A stretch of DNA of 64,000 bases from an uncultured delta proteobacterium. Lineage in GTDB: Bacteria; Myxococcota; UBA727; VGSZ01. Below are positions 14,476 through 28,303 of the stretch, piece by piece. Location of the stretch: contig CAVZJB010000012.1 of assembly GCA_963775425.1 (NCBI GenBank), positions 192,001-256,000 of the forward strand, in the 5' to 3' direction. Made by a program: the position numbers and the translations under genes. Numbering within the stretch: the stretch's first letter is position 1; the number at the start of each line of letters is the position of its first letter. The notes under the pieces were generated by a model, which ran no database searches, was not told where the DNA came from, and worked only from the letters and a program-made list of their open reading frames with translations.

Positions 14476-14670
14476 TCAGCTCAGTTGATCCGAGCGACCC
14501 GGAAGGGGCCGGTGCTACGGCCACACGGCGGAGCGGAAAGGAGCTCCGAGCTCGGCGACGAAGACGCGCGCCGAGTTGAGCGCCGGGGCGCCGAGCTCTC
14601 CGCTCCTTTCCGCTCCGGCGGTGGCGACGTTGTCTAGCCTTCGCTGATTCCGAGCGACAGGTTGAGCTGA
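14476..14670. other. 195-nt rod-like hairpin (structured RNA or miniature mobile element)
   Basis: TCAGCTCA/TGAGCTGA ends; perfect 16-bp arm 14529-14544 with 14602-14617; 10-bp arm 14548-14557 with 14589-14598; direct repeat TCCGAGCGAC at 14489 and 14649. Confidence 0.6.
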
Positions 14671-15148
14671 AGACCCAGGCCGTGGACGACCTCATCGGCC
14701 GGCTCGCCTGATCGACCGCGTGATCGGCGGGCTCGAGCTCGACGGGCTCACAGCCAGCGCCAAGGCCGTACAGTTTGGCGGTGGGCGCCCGATTACGAGC
14801 CCGCAAGGGATCGCGACGAACGACGACGCCTTCCGTTGGATCGTCGGCGATCTGCGCGTTCGACAAGCTCCTCACCCTGATGGCAGCCGTGGCCTTCAAC
14901 CTGCTCTCGCGAAGCTCACCGCCTGAAGTCCGCACCGACGTCGCATCGAGGCACGTCGGCGCGCACACGACCCGCACGAAGCCGCCACGTGCGCCGATAG
15001 CGGGATCACAACACCGCTCGGACCCGCCGTTTCCTCACAACCTGCAGCGGTTCTTGCGCGCCGACGTGCCTCGCCACGTACTCCGCGCGGCGAGCCACCT
15101 TGGGCGGCTTCGCCGAGTGCTGCTACGAGCCTTATTTTCGTCAGCCTT

Positions 15149-15686
15149 TCAGCCGTCGAAGCCGTCGCGGGCGGCGCCGCGGACGGTGATCTCCAGGCGG
15201 CGGCCTTCGATGTAGCCGCCGACGCCGGCGGAGCCCTCGGGCCAGGCCTCGACGACGAGCAGGCCGGGCTTCACGCCGCGGATGCTGATGTCCTGCGCCG
15301 TCGACAAAGCGCCCTTCGCCTCGATGCCGCTCATGCGCTCCACGCGGCCGTCGGGGTGCGTGACCTGGATGACGTAGCGGTTGCCGCGCGCGCGGGACTT
15401 CAAGGCCTCCGCTGGGGTCCTTCAAGTCGTGGCCGGAGACGTTGAGCGCGACGACGAGGTCGAGGCGATCGTTTTGCAGCGGCAAAGAGACCGACGCCGT
15501 CTGCGGCTTGTGCGTGCGCGCCGCGAACGCCGGCGAAGGCGACCTCCTCGAGCCGAGCCAGGCGCTGCGCTGGAGGGTGTGATCGATCTGCCCCTGCATC
15601 GGGGCCCGCGCCCGGTCGAAGGCGGTAGCGGCGAGGCGGGCGTCGACGACACCGGACGGGTCCGGTCGATGGGAGGCGCGCGCCAC
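15149..15686 (-). pseudogene. Hypothetical protein, frameshifted at the G4 run 15414-15417
   Basis: High-GC3 frame ...LDLVVALNVSGHDLKDP continues as AEALKSRARGNRYVIQVTHPDG... after removing one base; start uncertain. Confidence 0.5.
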
Positions 15687-15789
15687 GAGGACAAGAGCGA
15701 GTCGACGAACGGCTTGGGACCTCCGACAACCCGGGCATCGGCGGAAATGTAGGCGATGGTGCTACAGATCCGGATCTGCGCCGTCGCGC

Positions 15790-16610
15790 TCAACGGGAGA
15801 CGCGCGCCTCACCCGAATAGACGTTCATCGAGCTGCCGCGCAGGAAGCCGACGAGCGTGAGGTCGAGGGCCCGCGCCGCGCGCACCGCCAGGCTCGTCGG
15901 CGCCGAGATGCCCGCGACGACGGGGATGCGCGCCGCCGCCGCCTTCTGCACGATCTCGAAGCTCACGCGCCCCGACACCAGCAGCGCCGGCGGCCGCGCG
16001 CCCGCCCGGGCCGCGAAGCCCACGGCCTTGTCCACCGCGTTGTGCCGCCCGACGTCCTCGCGCGCGACGACGAGCGCGCCCTCGGCCGTGAAGAGCCCCG
16101 CCGCGTGCAGCCCCCCGGTCGCCGAGAACGCCGGCTGCGCCGCCCGCAGCGCCGCCGGCATCGCCGACAGCGCCGCAGGCGCCACACGAACGACGTCGAA
16201 CACGGGGCGCGCGATGCGGAGCGCGTTTTCGATGGTGGCCTTGCCGCACACCCCGCAGCTCGACGAGGCGAACGTGTGGCGGCGGAAGCGCTCGATGTCG
16301 AACGCCGTGCGCAGCCGTACCTGCACCACGTTGTCCTCGGCCTCGGGGTCCGGGACCGTGGTGCAGTGCCGCACGCTCTCGATGTCGTCGACGGCCGCGG
16401 CGATGCCCTCGGTGAGCAGGAAGCCCGTGCACAGCTCCTCGTCCCGACCCGGGGTGCGCATGAGCACCGCGACGGACGCGCCGTTCACCTGGATCTCGAG
16501 CGGCTCCTCGTGGGCCACCGCCTCGTCGCGCTCCCCCGCGCCGTCCCCCTCGAGGTGGATCACGGCGAACGTCCGCGTGGATTCGTCGACGTCGTCGTCG
16601 CCGGAGCTCT

Positions 16611-16614
<4 letters not shown>
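15790..16614 (-). CDS. fdhD: Formate dehydrogenase accessory sulfurtransferase FdhD
   Basis: EEPLEI, LMRTPG..ELCTGFLLTEG, SSCGVCGK, TGGLHAA, REDVGRHNAVDK; ATG overlaps the upstream stop. Confidence 0.95.
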
Positions 16615-18851
<2,237 letters not shown>

Positions 18852-18990
18852 GCCGTCGACCCTACGTGTGCGCCGTCGCGAGGACAACGCTCCGCGCCGC
18901 CGCGCGCCGCCCTGCGGCGGGGGCTCGCCATCGCCGGGGTTTTCGCCGTCATCGTTGGCACGCCACCCCTCCTGCGGCTACAAGGCGGAC

Positions 18991-19641
18991 ATGTTCGTGC
19001 CGTTCGTCTGCGCTGCGCTCGCCGCGGCGTCCCTGCAAGGGGACCCGGCGTTCACCGAGGGCCAGCAGCTCTACCAGGCGCTCTCCTTCGAGGAGGCCGT
19101 CCCCAAGTTCGCCGAGGTGGCGGCGCGCCCCGATCTCGCCCCCGGCGACAGAGCGGAGGCGTACGTGTGGCTCGGCCTCGCGCACGCCGGCCTTGCCCAC
19201 ATGCGGGAGGCCCACGACGCCTTCAAGAAGGCGCTGCAGGCGGACCCCGCCGTGAAGTTGCCTGGGACCATCTCGCCGCGCGTTGCCGAGGAATTCCACT
19301 CGGCGCAGGCCGAGGTGCAAAAGGAGAGCGTGGCAAAGAAGCAGCCCGCGCCCCCCGGCGACACCGGCGGCGGCGACGGCGCCCCCGCGGTGAGCGGCTT
19401 GTTCGTCACGGGGGCGGTCGTGGGCGGCGTCGGTGCGCTGCTGGTCGCCGGCGGCCTCGTCTCCGCGGGGCTCGCGGCCGGCGACTACGCGCGCGCCAGC
19501 GACAAGAACGCGTTTCAGTCGGACGCCAAGGATGCGCTCGACGCCACCAACACCGAGCTGGCCGTCGCGCTGGCGCTGGTGCCCGTCGGCGCGGTCGTCG
19601 GCGCCATCGGGGGCGTCCTGATCGCCGTCGGCGGGGAATGA
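18991..19641 (+). CDS. Exported TPR protein with C-terminal hydrophobic hairpins
   Basis: Signal peptide, TPR-like AEAYVWLGLAHAGL...AFKKALQADP, two Gly/Val-rich TM segments. Confidence 0.7.
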   Translation: MFVPFVCAALAAASLQGDPAFTEGQQLYQALSFEEAVPKFAEVAARPDLAPGDRAEAYVWLGLAHAGLAHMREAHDAFKKALQADPAVKLPGTISPRVAEEFHSAQAEVQKESVAKKQPAPPGDTGGGDGAPAVSGLFVTGAVVGGVGALLVAGGLVSAGLAAGDYARASDKNAFQSDAKDALDATNTELAVALALVPVGAVVGAIGGVLIAVGGE

Positions 19642-19678
19642 GGCCGCGCCCGAGTCGGCGTGGTACGTTGTCGTGACC

Positions 19679-21204
<1,526 letters not shown>

Positions 21205-21208
<4 letters not shown>

Positions 21209-21913
21209 GCCTCTTTCGTCCGTACGGGGCCGACGGGCCGACGCTGCTCGAGCTCGCAGAGCAGGCGTGGTCGTCGACGGACCACGGCTACGACCTGCTC
21301 GCGCCGCGCTTCGACCACACGCCGTTTCGCACGCCCGACGACGTCGTCGCGCGGTCGCTCGCCGTGCTCGGCGACGCCCGCTTCGCCCGCGGCCTCGACC
21401 TGTGCTGCGGCACCGGCGCGGGGCTCGCCCGCCTCGCGGAGCGCTGCGACGCCGTCGTCGGCCTCGACCGCAGCGCCGGCATGCTCGCTCGAGGCGCGCC
21501 GCCGTTTGCCCGGCGAAGCGCGCGTGCACCTCGTGCGCGGGGACGCGCTCGCACCGCCGTTTTCGCGCGCGTTCGACGTCGCGTGCAGCTTCGGCGCGTT
21601 CGGCCACATCCTCGTCGAGGACGAGCCGCGCTTCGTGCGCGCGGTCGCCTCCTCCCTCGCGCCCGGCGGCCGCTTCGTGTTCGTGACCGCGGACCCGCCG
21701 CCGCGCTTGTCCAGGCGCCGCCTCGCGGCCCACGCGTTCAACGCGGCCATGCGGGTGCGCAACGCGGTGAAGAAGCCCGCGTTCGTCATGTACTACCTGA
21801 CGTTCCTGCTGCCGCGCGCGCGGGCGCTCCTCGAGGCCGCCGGCTTCGACGTCGTGGAGCGCCGCGATCTGGTGCCCGGCTACGTCGTCGTCGACGCGCG
21901 TCAGCCGAAGTAG
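21205..21913 (+). CDS. Class I SAM-dependent methyltransferase, +1 frameshift at ~21490
   Basis: GTG overlaps the upstream stop; GLDLCCGTG and VGLDRSAGML in one frame, VRGDAL..FDVACSFGAFGH in the next. Confidence 0.85.
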
Positions 21914-23343
21914 ACGCCGAGCTGCACGAACGCCGCCACGGGCGTCAGGCCCTCCTCGCTGCGCGCGCCCAGCGTGGTGGTGGCGCGACGAAACGCGGGG
22001 CTGTCCGTGACGACGTCGCTGGGGCTCAGCGCGCGAAACGGCGCGACGTCGACGCCGGCGCCGAGCGGCAGCGTGGCGCCCGCGCGCACCAGCACGTCTT
22101 GCGCCACCGACCACTCGAGCGCGGGGACGACGAGCAGGCCGGGGTCCTCGAGGCCGAGGATGGCCGTGGTGCTCACGCTCACGAGATCGGTGACCGCCAC
22201 GGACGAGACCGCGCCGACGTAGAAGCGGCGCGCGCCGAACACCTCGCCGCGCACGAGGCGATCGTTCTGGAGCTTCTCGGCGATGCCTTCGGCGGAGTCG
22301 GCGCCGAAGCCGTTGTAGTAGCCCTCGACGACGACGACCCACTGCTCGGCGGGGCGCGCCTCGACGCCGGCGACGGCGCGACCGAAGCTGTCCCTGCCGT
22401 CGAGCGAGAAGGTCCACGCGCCCTCGCCGTAGACACCGAAGGGATCGACGTCGACGGCGAAGTCGGCTCCGAGGACGACGTCGCCGACGTACTTGGCGGC
22501 GGTGAGCGACAGATCGAGGCCGAAGAGGTTGGTGCGCGCGCGCAGGACGCCGCCGTTGTCCTCGGGGACGAGCTGGGGGAGCCAGAGCGCTTCGAGCTCG
22601 GAGACGGCGCCGAGGGGCACGGACACGCGCAGGGCGTCGGCGCCGCGGCGCACCTCGCGGTCGACGTCGGTGGGGGCGAAGGGGCTGAACAGATCGGTGG
22701 GGTTCCACAGGTGGCCGGTGCCCCAGGAGACCACCTGGCGTCCGGCGACGACGGTGACGGCGGGGTTCCTCCACGTGAGCGCGAGCTTGTCGAGGTTGTG
22801 GACGATGACGGCGTCACCGGCGTCGAGCAGGACCGGATCGAAGTCGACGAGGCGCCGCTGCGGCACCGCGCTCCCGGCGCTGCCGCCGAGCGCGCCCGAG
22901 GCCGAGCCGAACAGGCCGGCCGAGGCGCCCGCGAAGCGCTCGTCGGTGACGAGGACGAGGGCGGGCTGCCAGGCGACGTCGAGCTCCAGGTCCTCGCCGA
23001 GCCGGACGGCGCCCTGCAGGCGCACGGTCTCGGTGAGGAGGCCCGCGTCCCCGGGGAGCGCGAGGTCTTTCGGCAGGCTCGCGGCGGCGCCGGGCGGGAG
23101 GAGGGCGCGCGTCTCGTCGAACACGCGTTGCAGCTCCCCCGTGGCGTCGACGAGCTCTCCCGGAAGGTGCACCCAGGTGCCCGCGGTCTTTTCGAAGCCG
23201 CTGCCCTCGACGACGAGCTCGGTGTCGCCCACCGGCGCGCGCCACAGCTCCGCCGCCTGCGCCGGCCCACACCCGAGGAGCGCCAGGGCCGCGATGGCGC
23301 GCCGCCGGCGTGACGCCGACCCCCGTGGCGCGCGCGCGCTCAC
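21901..23343 (-). CDS. Putative outer-membrane beta-barrel protein
   Basis: Signal peptide; HNLDKL..AGRQVVSWGTGHLWNPTDLF..DREVRRGADALR; terminal aromatic strand FVQLGVYFG; last gene of the ABC operon. Confidence 0.75.
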   Translation of the reverse strand: MSARAPRGSASRRRRAIAALALLGCGPAQAAELWRAPVGDTELVVEGSGFEKTAGTWVHLPGELVDATGELQRVFDETRALLPPGAAASLPKDLALPGDAGLLTETVRLQGAVRLGEDLELDVAWQPALVLVTDERFAGASAGLFGSASGALGGSAGSAVPQRRLVDFDPVLLDAGDAVIVHNLDKLALTWRNPAVTVVAGRQVVSWGTGHLWNPTDLFSPFAPTDVDREVRRGADALRVSVPLGAVSELEALWLPQLVPEDNGGVLRARTNLFGLDLSLTAAKYVGDVVLGADFAVDVDPFGVYGEGAWTFSLDGRDSFGRAVAGVEARPAEQWVVVVEGYYNGFGADSAEGIAEKLQNDRLVRGEVFGARRFYVGAVSSVAVTDLVSVSTTAILGLEDPGLLVVPALEWSVAQDVLVRAGATLPLGAGVDVAPFRALSPSDVVTDSPAFRRATTTLGARSEEGLTPVAAFVQLGVYFG

Positions 23344-24068
23344 GGCGCCGGCGCGGCCGGCGGCTGTGTCGCCGGCGCGGAGGTCCGCCGCTCGTCGGAG
23401 GCGATGCCGCCGTCGAGGAGACGCACGACGCGATCGGCCTGGTCGAGCACCATGGGATCGTGCGTGGAGAACACGAACGTGACGCCGCGCTCGCGGTTGA
23501 GCTCGCGCATCATGGCGATGAGCGCCTTGCCGGTGTGTTGGTCGAGGTTGGCGGTGGGCTCGTCGGCCAGCACCACCGCGGGCGTGGACGCGATGGCGCG
23601 GGCGACGGCGACGCGCTGCTGTTGGCCGCCGCTCATCTTCGCCGGCCACGACTCGAGGAAGTCGCCGATGCCGAGCCGCTGAAAGACGTCGGCGATGCGC
23701 TTGCGCCGCTCCTCCGCCGGCATCCCCTGCAGCTGCAGCACGTACTCCGCGTTTTCGCGCGCGCGCAGCACGGGGATGAGGTTGTACGCCTGGAAGACGA
23801 AGCCGACCTTGTCGCGTCGCAGATCCGCCAGATCCCTGCGGGAGAGGCCGGCAAGGTCGACGCCGCCGACCGTCACCGTGCCGCGCGTCGGCGTGTCGAG
23901 CGCGCCGATGAGGTTCAACAGCGTGGTCTTGCCCGAGCCCGACGGGCCGGCGATGGCCATGAACTCGCCGGACTGCACCTCGAAGCTCACGCCTCGCAGC
24001 GCGGTCACCGCCGGCTGTCCCTTGCCCGCGTATTCCTTGGTGACGTCGACGACGGACACTGCGCTCAT
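23340..24068 (-). CDS. ABC transporter ATP-binding protein (LolD/MacB-like)
   Basis: GPSGSGKT, GFVFQAYNL, MSGGQQQRVAVAR, LADEPTANLD. Confidence 0.96.
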   Translation of the reverse strand: MSAVSVVDVTKEYAGKGQPAVTALRGVSFEVQSGEFMAIAGPSGSGKTTLLNLIGALDTPTRGTVTVGGVDLAGLSRRDLADLRRDKVGFVFQAYNLIPVLRARENAEYVLQLQGMPAEERRKRIADVFQRLGIGDFLESWPAKMSGGQQQRVAVARAIASTPAVVLADEPTANLDQHTGKALIAMMRELNRERGVTFVFSTHDPMVLDQADRVVRLLDGGIASDERRTSAPATQPPAAPAP

Positions 24069-24119
24069 GTTCTCTCCGGCACGCGCGCGCCGCGGTTCGT
24101 GCGGCGACAGGTTTCACGA

Positions 24120-25352
24120 TCACTTCGCATGGAGCGCCTCCACCAGCGGCATCCGCGAGATGCGCCACGCGGGATAGAGGCCCACCACCAACGCCATCGC
24201 GTAGACGAACAGCGCGGGCGTGATGCTCCCCTGCAACGACAGCTTGGTGCGGAACGCGGTGCTCACCACGGTGCCGCCGAGCTCCATGCCCTCGCCCATC
24301 TGCTTCGAGTAGTCGAGGAGCACGTGGCCCTCGCCCACCCAACACAGGCCGAGGCCGAGGGCCAGGCCGATCACCACGCTGAGCGTGGCGATCCAGAACG
24401 ACTCGGCGACGATGAGCGACACGACGCCGCCCGGCCGCGTGCCGAGCGCCTGCATCACGCCGAGCTCACGCGTGCGCTCGAGCACCGACATCAACATGGT
24501 GTTCAGGATGCCGAGCCCGACGAGGAAGTAGACGAAGATGGAGGCGAACACGATCACGCTCGACGTCATCTTCTCCATGGCCTCGAACATCGGATAGAGC
24601 TGCGCGTAGGTGACCACCTCGAAGCCGTCGCCGAGCGCGGCGCGCGCGGCCGCGGCCACGCTGTCGGCGGCGTCGGCGCGCGGGAGTTGGATGACGATGT
24701 CGTGCGCGGTGTCGCCGGTGCCGAGCGCCTCGCCGAGCGCGGCCCGCGACACGAGGACGCGCCGCTCGCTGATGCTCGGCGAGATGGAGTGGTAGATGCC
24801 GCGCACGCGGAACAACGCGGCGCCCATCTCGCCGTCGGCGCGCTGGACCATCAAGCGCACCTTGTGTCCGACCGCGAGCTGCATCTTCTCGGCGAGGCGC
24901 TCGCCGACGAGGATGCCCTTGGGGTCGTCCTCGGCCGGGACGGCGCCGTTGGCGACGTCGCGGACGTAGGCCGACAGCCGCCGCTCGTCGGACCAGTCCA
25001 CGCCGTCGGCCTCCACCGCCTGGTTGCCGTGCGCCGCCGACAACAGGCCGCGCGCGAGCAGCCGCGCGCCCGTCTCCGAGCCCGGCGGTAGCGAGAGCTT
25101 TTCGACGACGGCGGCGGGGTCCTTGATCACGAGCTTCGCCGACCGGTGCGTGCGCCAGCCGGCGGCCGTGATCTCGACGTGGCCGAGCCCCGTGTTGTCG
25201 AGCTGGCCCTTCGCCTCGTCCGTGAAGCGGGCGATGATGCCGCCGAAGAAGAGCACCAGCACCAGGCCGAGCGCCACCGCGCTCATGCTGATGAGTGTGC
25301 GGCGCCGGTTGCGCCAGATGTTCCGCCAGGCGAGCTTGAGTGTGGCGCCCAT
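24120..25352 (-). CDS. ABC permease (FtsX/LolC-E-like)
   Basis: LAWRNIWRNRRRT, NTMLMSVLERTRELGVMQALG, YPAWR. Confidence 0.93.
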   Translation of the reverse strand: MGATLKLAWRNIWRNRRRTLISMSAVALGLVLVLFFGGIIARFTDEAKGQLDNTGLGHVEITAAGWRTHRSAKLVIKDPAAVVEKLSLPPGSETGARLLARGLLSAAHGNQAVEADGVDWSDERRLSAYVRDVANGAVPAEDDPKGILVGERLAEKMQLAVGHKVRLMVQRADGEMGAALFRVRGIYHSISPSISERRVLVSRAALGEALGTGDTAHDIVIQLPRADAADSVAAAARAALGDGFEVVTYAQLYPMFEAMEKMTSSVIVFASIFVYFLVGLGILNTMLMSVLERTRELGVMQALGTRPGGVVSLIVAESFWIATLSVVIGLALGLGLCWVGEGHVLLDYSKQMGEGMELGGTVVSTAFRTKLSLQGSITPALFVYAMALVVGLYPAWRISRMPLVEALHAK

Positions 25353-26569
25353 CAGTCGGCCCTCATCGCGTCCACCGCTGGCAGGCGGGCGGCGCGCAGC
25401 GCGGGGAGGAAGCCGCCCGCGAGCATGGTGAAGAAGATGGTGATGGCGGCCCCCCAGATGGCCTTCACGTGCATGGTGAGGTGAACGGTGGACGGCAGGC
25501 GCACGCCCATCATGTCGCCGTTCGACATGGCGCCGAAGCTGATGTCGCCGATGACCAGCGTGGCGACCCAGGTGAGCGCCACACCCGCCACCAGCCCGAG
25601 GGCGCCCTGGAGCAGCGCCTCGAGGACGATCATCGCGAGCAAACGGCGCGGCCGGGTACCGAGCGCGAGCATCACGCCGAGCTCACGCGTGCGTTCGAAC
25701 GTGGCCATGGTCATGGCGTTCAGCACGCCGAGCGCGACGATGAGGAAGACGATGAAGTCGATGCCGTACTGGCCCTGCTTTTTCGCTTCGATGGTCCCGG
25801 TGAGCTCGGGCAGCAGCTCGTTCCAGCTCAGCGCCTCGAGCGTGCGCAGATCGAGGGCGTTCTTGAGCGCGGGCATCACCGCGGCCACGTCGTCGTCGTC
25901 CTCGGGCGGCAGGTGCACCACGAGCTGGTCGACACCGTCGCCGAGGCCGAAGAAGTCCTGCGCGTCGGCGATGTCGAGGAACACGGCCGTGGCGTTCATC
26001 TCGGTGGTGCCGGCGTCGGCGACCCCCGCGACGGTGTAGCGGTCGTTGGCGACGGAACCGTCGGCGGCCTGGCCCACGAGGACCACCTCGCCGCCGACGT
26101 CGACGCCGAGCTGGTCCGCGAGTCCGGTGCCGAGCACCACCGTGTGCGCGGCCTTCTGCGGCAGGCCGGCGCCGCGCACGATGTGGAGGTCGCCCATGCC
26201 GAGGCCCGGCTGCACGCCGGCGATCATCACGCCCGCGGAGCTGTCACCCGCGCCCGCGAGGCCGGCGCCGATCACACGCCGCTCGGTGACGGCGCCGGGG
26301 ATGCTGCCCGCCACCTTGGCCTCCACGGCCCGCGGGTTCTTGACGACGTTGTCCACCGACGGCGAGGCCTGGTAGCCGTGCGCGTGGATCTGGATGTGAC
26401 CGACGAGCTGCGCGGTGATGGTGCGTGTGAGGTCCTTGAACACCGACGTGCGGTAGCTGTCCATCGCCACGATGCCGAACGTCCCGAGCGTCAGCGCGCC
26501 CAACGTGATGAGGGTGCGCCGCCGGTTCCGCCAGAGGTTGCGCCACGACAGGACGAGGAGTGAGAGCAC
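25352..26569 (-). CDS. ABC permease (FtsX/LolC-E-like)
   Basis: SWRNLWRNRRRT, NAMTMATFERTRELGVMLALG, LPALRAARL. Confidence 0.93.
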   Translation of the reverse strand: MLSLLVLSWRNLWRNRRRTLITLGALTLGTFGIVAMDSYRTSVFKDLTRTITAQLVGHIQIHAHGYQASPSVDNVVKNPRAVEAKVAGSIPGAVTERRVIGAGLAGAGDSSAGVMIAGVQPGLGMGDLHIVRGAGLPQKAAHTVVLGTGLADQLGVDVGGEVVLVGQAADGSVANDRYTVAGVADAGTTEMNATAVFLDIADAQDFFGLGDGVDQLVVHLPPEDDDDVAAVMPALKNALDLRTLEALSWNELLPELTGTIEAKKQGQYGIDFIVFLIVALGVLNAMTMATFERTRELGVMLALGTRPRRLLAMIVLEALLQGALGLVAGVALTWVATLVIGDISFGAMSNGDMMGVRLPSTVHLTMHVKAIWGAAITIFFTMLAGGFLPALRAARLPAVDAMRAD

Positions 26570-26572
26570 GCG

Positions 26573-27364
26573 TCACCGGCCTTGCTCGAGGCGGTGCACG
26601 CTGAAGGTGGAGTCGGGGATGTCGACGTCGAACGCGACGTCCTCGTAGGTGAGCGTGGTCTCGTGGCCGGGCTCGCCGGGGCTCACGGTCATCTTCGTGG
26701 GGAACTTGCGCCAGCCCACGTCCTTGAAGCCGGAGAGCGTCATCTTGCGCGCGAGCTTGCCGTCCTCGTCGTAGAACTGCTCCGACAGCGGCAGACAGCT
26801 CGCGCGATCGACGAGATACTCCACCTTGCCCCACACCACGGCCGCCGACTCCTTCGGCACGAGCACGAGCTTCCAGGCCTTGTGCCCGGCGACGTCGACG
26901 GTGCCGGCCACCGTGGAGCTGAAGTCCTTGGTGAGGCTCGAGCCCTTGACGAGGTCGTCGTTGGTGAAGTCGCTGCCCATCCACGAGTCGCCGAGCATCC
27001 CCGAGGGGAGCTTCATGACGCGGCCGGCCTTGGGCAGGTAGTTCCAGAGCTGCTTTTCGCGCTTGAGCGTCATCATGCCCTTCTCGCGCGGGCCCCCTTC
27101 GAGCACGCGGATGAGGGCGTAATCGTCACCTTTGCTCCACATCTTGAGCTTCAAGTCGCGGGTGTATGACGGGGTGACGATGTGCATGGCGACGGTGGCG
27201 ACGGTGGAGCTGCCCTGAAGTAGCTGCTCCGTGCGGTGCACGAGCTGCTGGACGTCGGGCTTGTCGACGCCGCTCGGGCACGGGGGGACCGAGGCCGGGC
27301 CCCGGGCTGCGGGAGGGGCGCCCGCGGCGAGCAAGGTGAACGCGAGAGCGGGGACGGGGATCAT
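26573..27364 (-). CDS. Outer-membrane lipoprotein-sorting protein (LolA-like)
   Basis: Signal peptide, EKGMMTLK..LWNYLPK..SWMGSDFTNDDL, FYDEDGKL. Confidence 0.88.
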   Translation of the reverse strand: MIPVPALAFTLLAAGAPPAARGPASVPPCPSGVDKPDVQQLVHRTEQLLQGSSTVATVAMHIVTPSYTRDLKLKMWSKGDDYALIRVLEGGPREKGMMTLKREKQLWNYLPKAGRVMKLPSGMLGDSWMGSDFTNDDLVKGSSLTKDFSSTVAGTVDVAGHKAWKLVLVPKESAAVVWGKVEYLVDRASCLPLSEQFYDEDGKLARKMTLSGFKDVGWRKFPTKMTVSPGEPGHETTLTYEDVAFDVDIPDSTFSVHRLEQGR

Positions 27365-28086
27365 CGAGGCCTCCGGGACGGGCGGGAGGGGCGGGGGGAG
27401 CGGGAGGGGGGCGCCGCGGCGATGCCGGCGCGGAACACGTCGAGGACGGCGTCGAGCGTTCGCTGCGCCGGGAAGAGGTGGAGGTTGTCGAAGAGCGCCG
27501 CCTGCACGGGCGCGATCTTGAGGACGCCGATGACGTAGGGGACGGCGTCCACGTCGACGTCGTCGCGCAGCTCGCCGCGGGCGCGCGCCTCCGCGAGCCA
27601 GCGGTCGAGCTCCCTGGTCTGGTCGCGCGCCTCCTCGAGGAGCGCGGGGGGGACGATCTCCTGCAGCGTCGGGTCCTCGCGCAGGATCTTCTGGAGCATG
27701 GGTTGGCGCGCGGACTCGCGGTAGGCGAAGCCGAGCGCGGCGACGACGCGCTCGAGCGGCGACTCCACCGCGAGGACCTCGGCGTGGTAGCGCGCGAGCA
27801 CCTCATCGTAGACCTCGAGGATGACCTCGTGGACGAGCGCGCGCTTGTCGGGGAACTCGAGGTAGAGCGCGCCCTTCGCGCACCCCGCCTCGCGGGCCAC
27901 CGCGTCGAGGTTCGTGCCCTTGTAGCCGAGCGCGTTGAAGTGCCGCTTGGCCACCTCGAGGATGCGCCGGCGCCGGCCGGGATCGCGCGCGCGCACCGCG
28001 GGCTTGGGTGCGCGCGCGGCCGCCGCCGCCGGCGCCTTCGGCCGGCGCGGCTGCTTGGTTCTCGGAGACGACCGGGGTGGCGGCAT
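27361..28086 (-). CDS. TetR/AcrR family regulator
   Basis: ILEVAKRHFNALGYKGTNLDAVAREAGCAKGALYLEFPDK. Confidence 0.9.
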   Translation of the reverse strand: MPPPRSSPRTKQPRRPKAPAAAAARAPKPAVRARDPGRRRRILEVAKRHFNALGYKGTNLDAVAREAGCAKGALYLEFPDKRALVHEVILEVYDEVLARYHAEVLAVESPLERVVAALGFAYRESARQPMLQKILREDPTLQEIVPPALLEEARDQTRELDRWLAEARARGELRDDVDVDAVPYVIGVLKIAPVQAALFDNLHLFPAQRTLDAVLDVFRAGIAAAPPSRSPRPSRPSRRPR

Positions 28087-28122
28087 GGAGACCAAGATGA
28101 CCACGCCGGACATTCCAGTCAA
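28087..28122 (-). promoter_or_regulatory. Putative sigma70 promoter of the TetR/ABC operon (likely leaderless)
   Basis: Minus strand TTGACT-17 nt-CATCTT-7 nt-ATG. Confidence 0.6.
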
Positions 28123-28303
28123 CTTGATCCGGACAAGAGCAAGCCCGCTCATGGGCGCTCCCGCGCGCCGCCGCAAAGCGGGCGCGCCAGAACGCGCAGG
28201 CGGCGCAGACCAGCGCGGCTGTGCGACGCGCGGGCCGCGCGCGCCGCGCACTTTGCACGCCGCATGCACCGACCTGGCAGCGACGAAGTGCGCAGGAGAC
28301 CGT

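Noticed and set aside
14476-14670. Integron attC site, retron msr-msd or 6S RNA
   Set aside because: GTTGAGC matches GTTRRRY but its partner lacks AAC and the element is too long for attC; no integrase or RT nearby; no recognisable 6S motifs or zapA/ygfA context.
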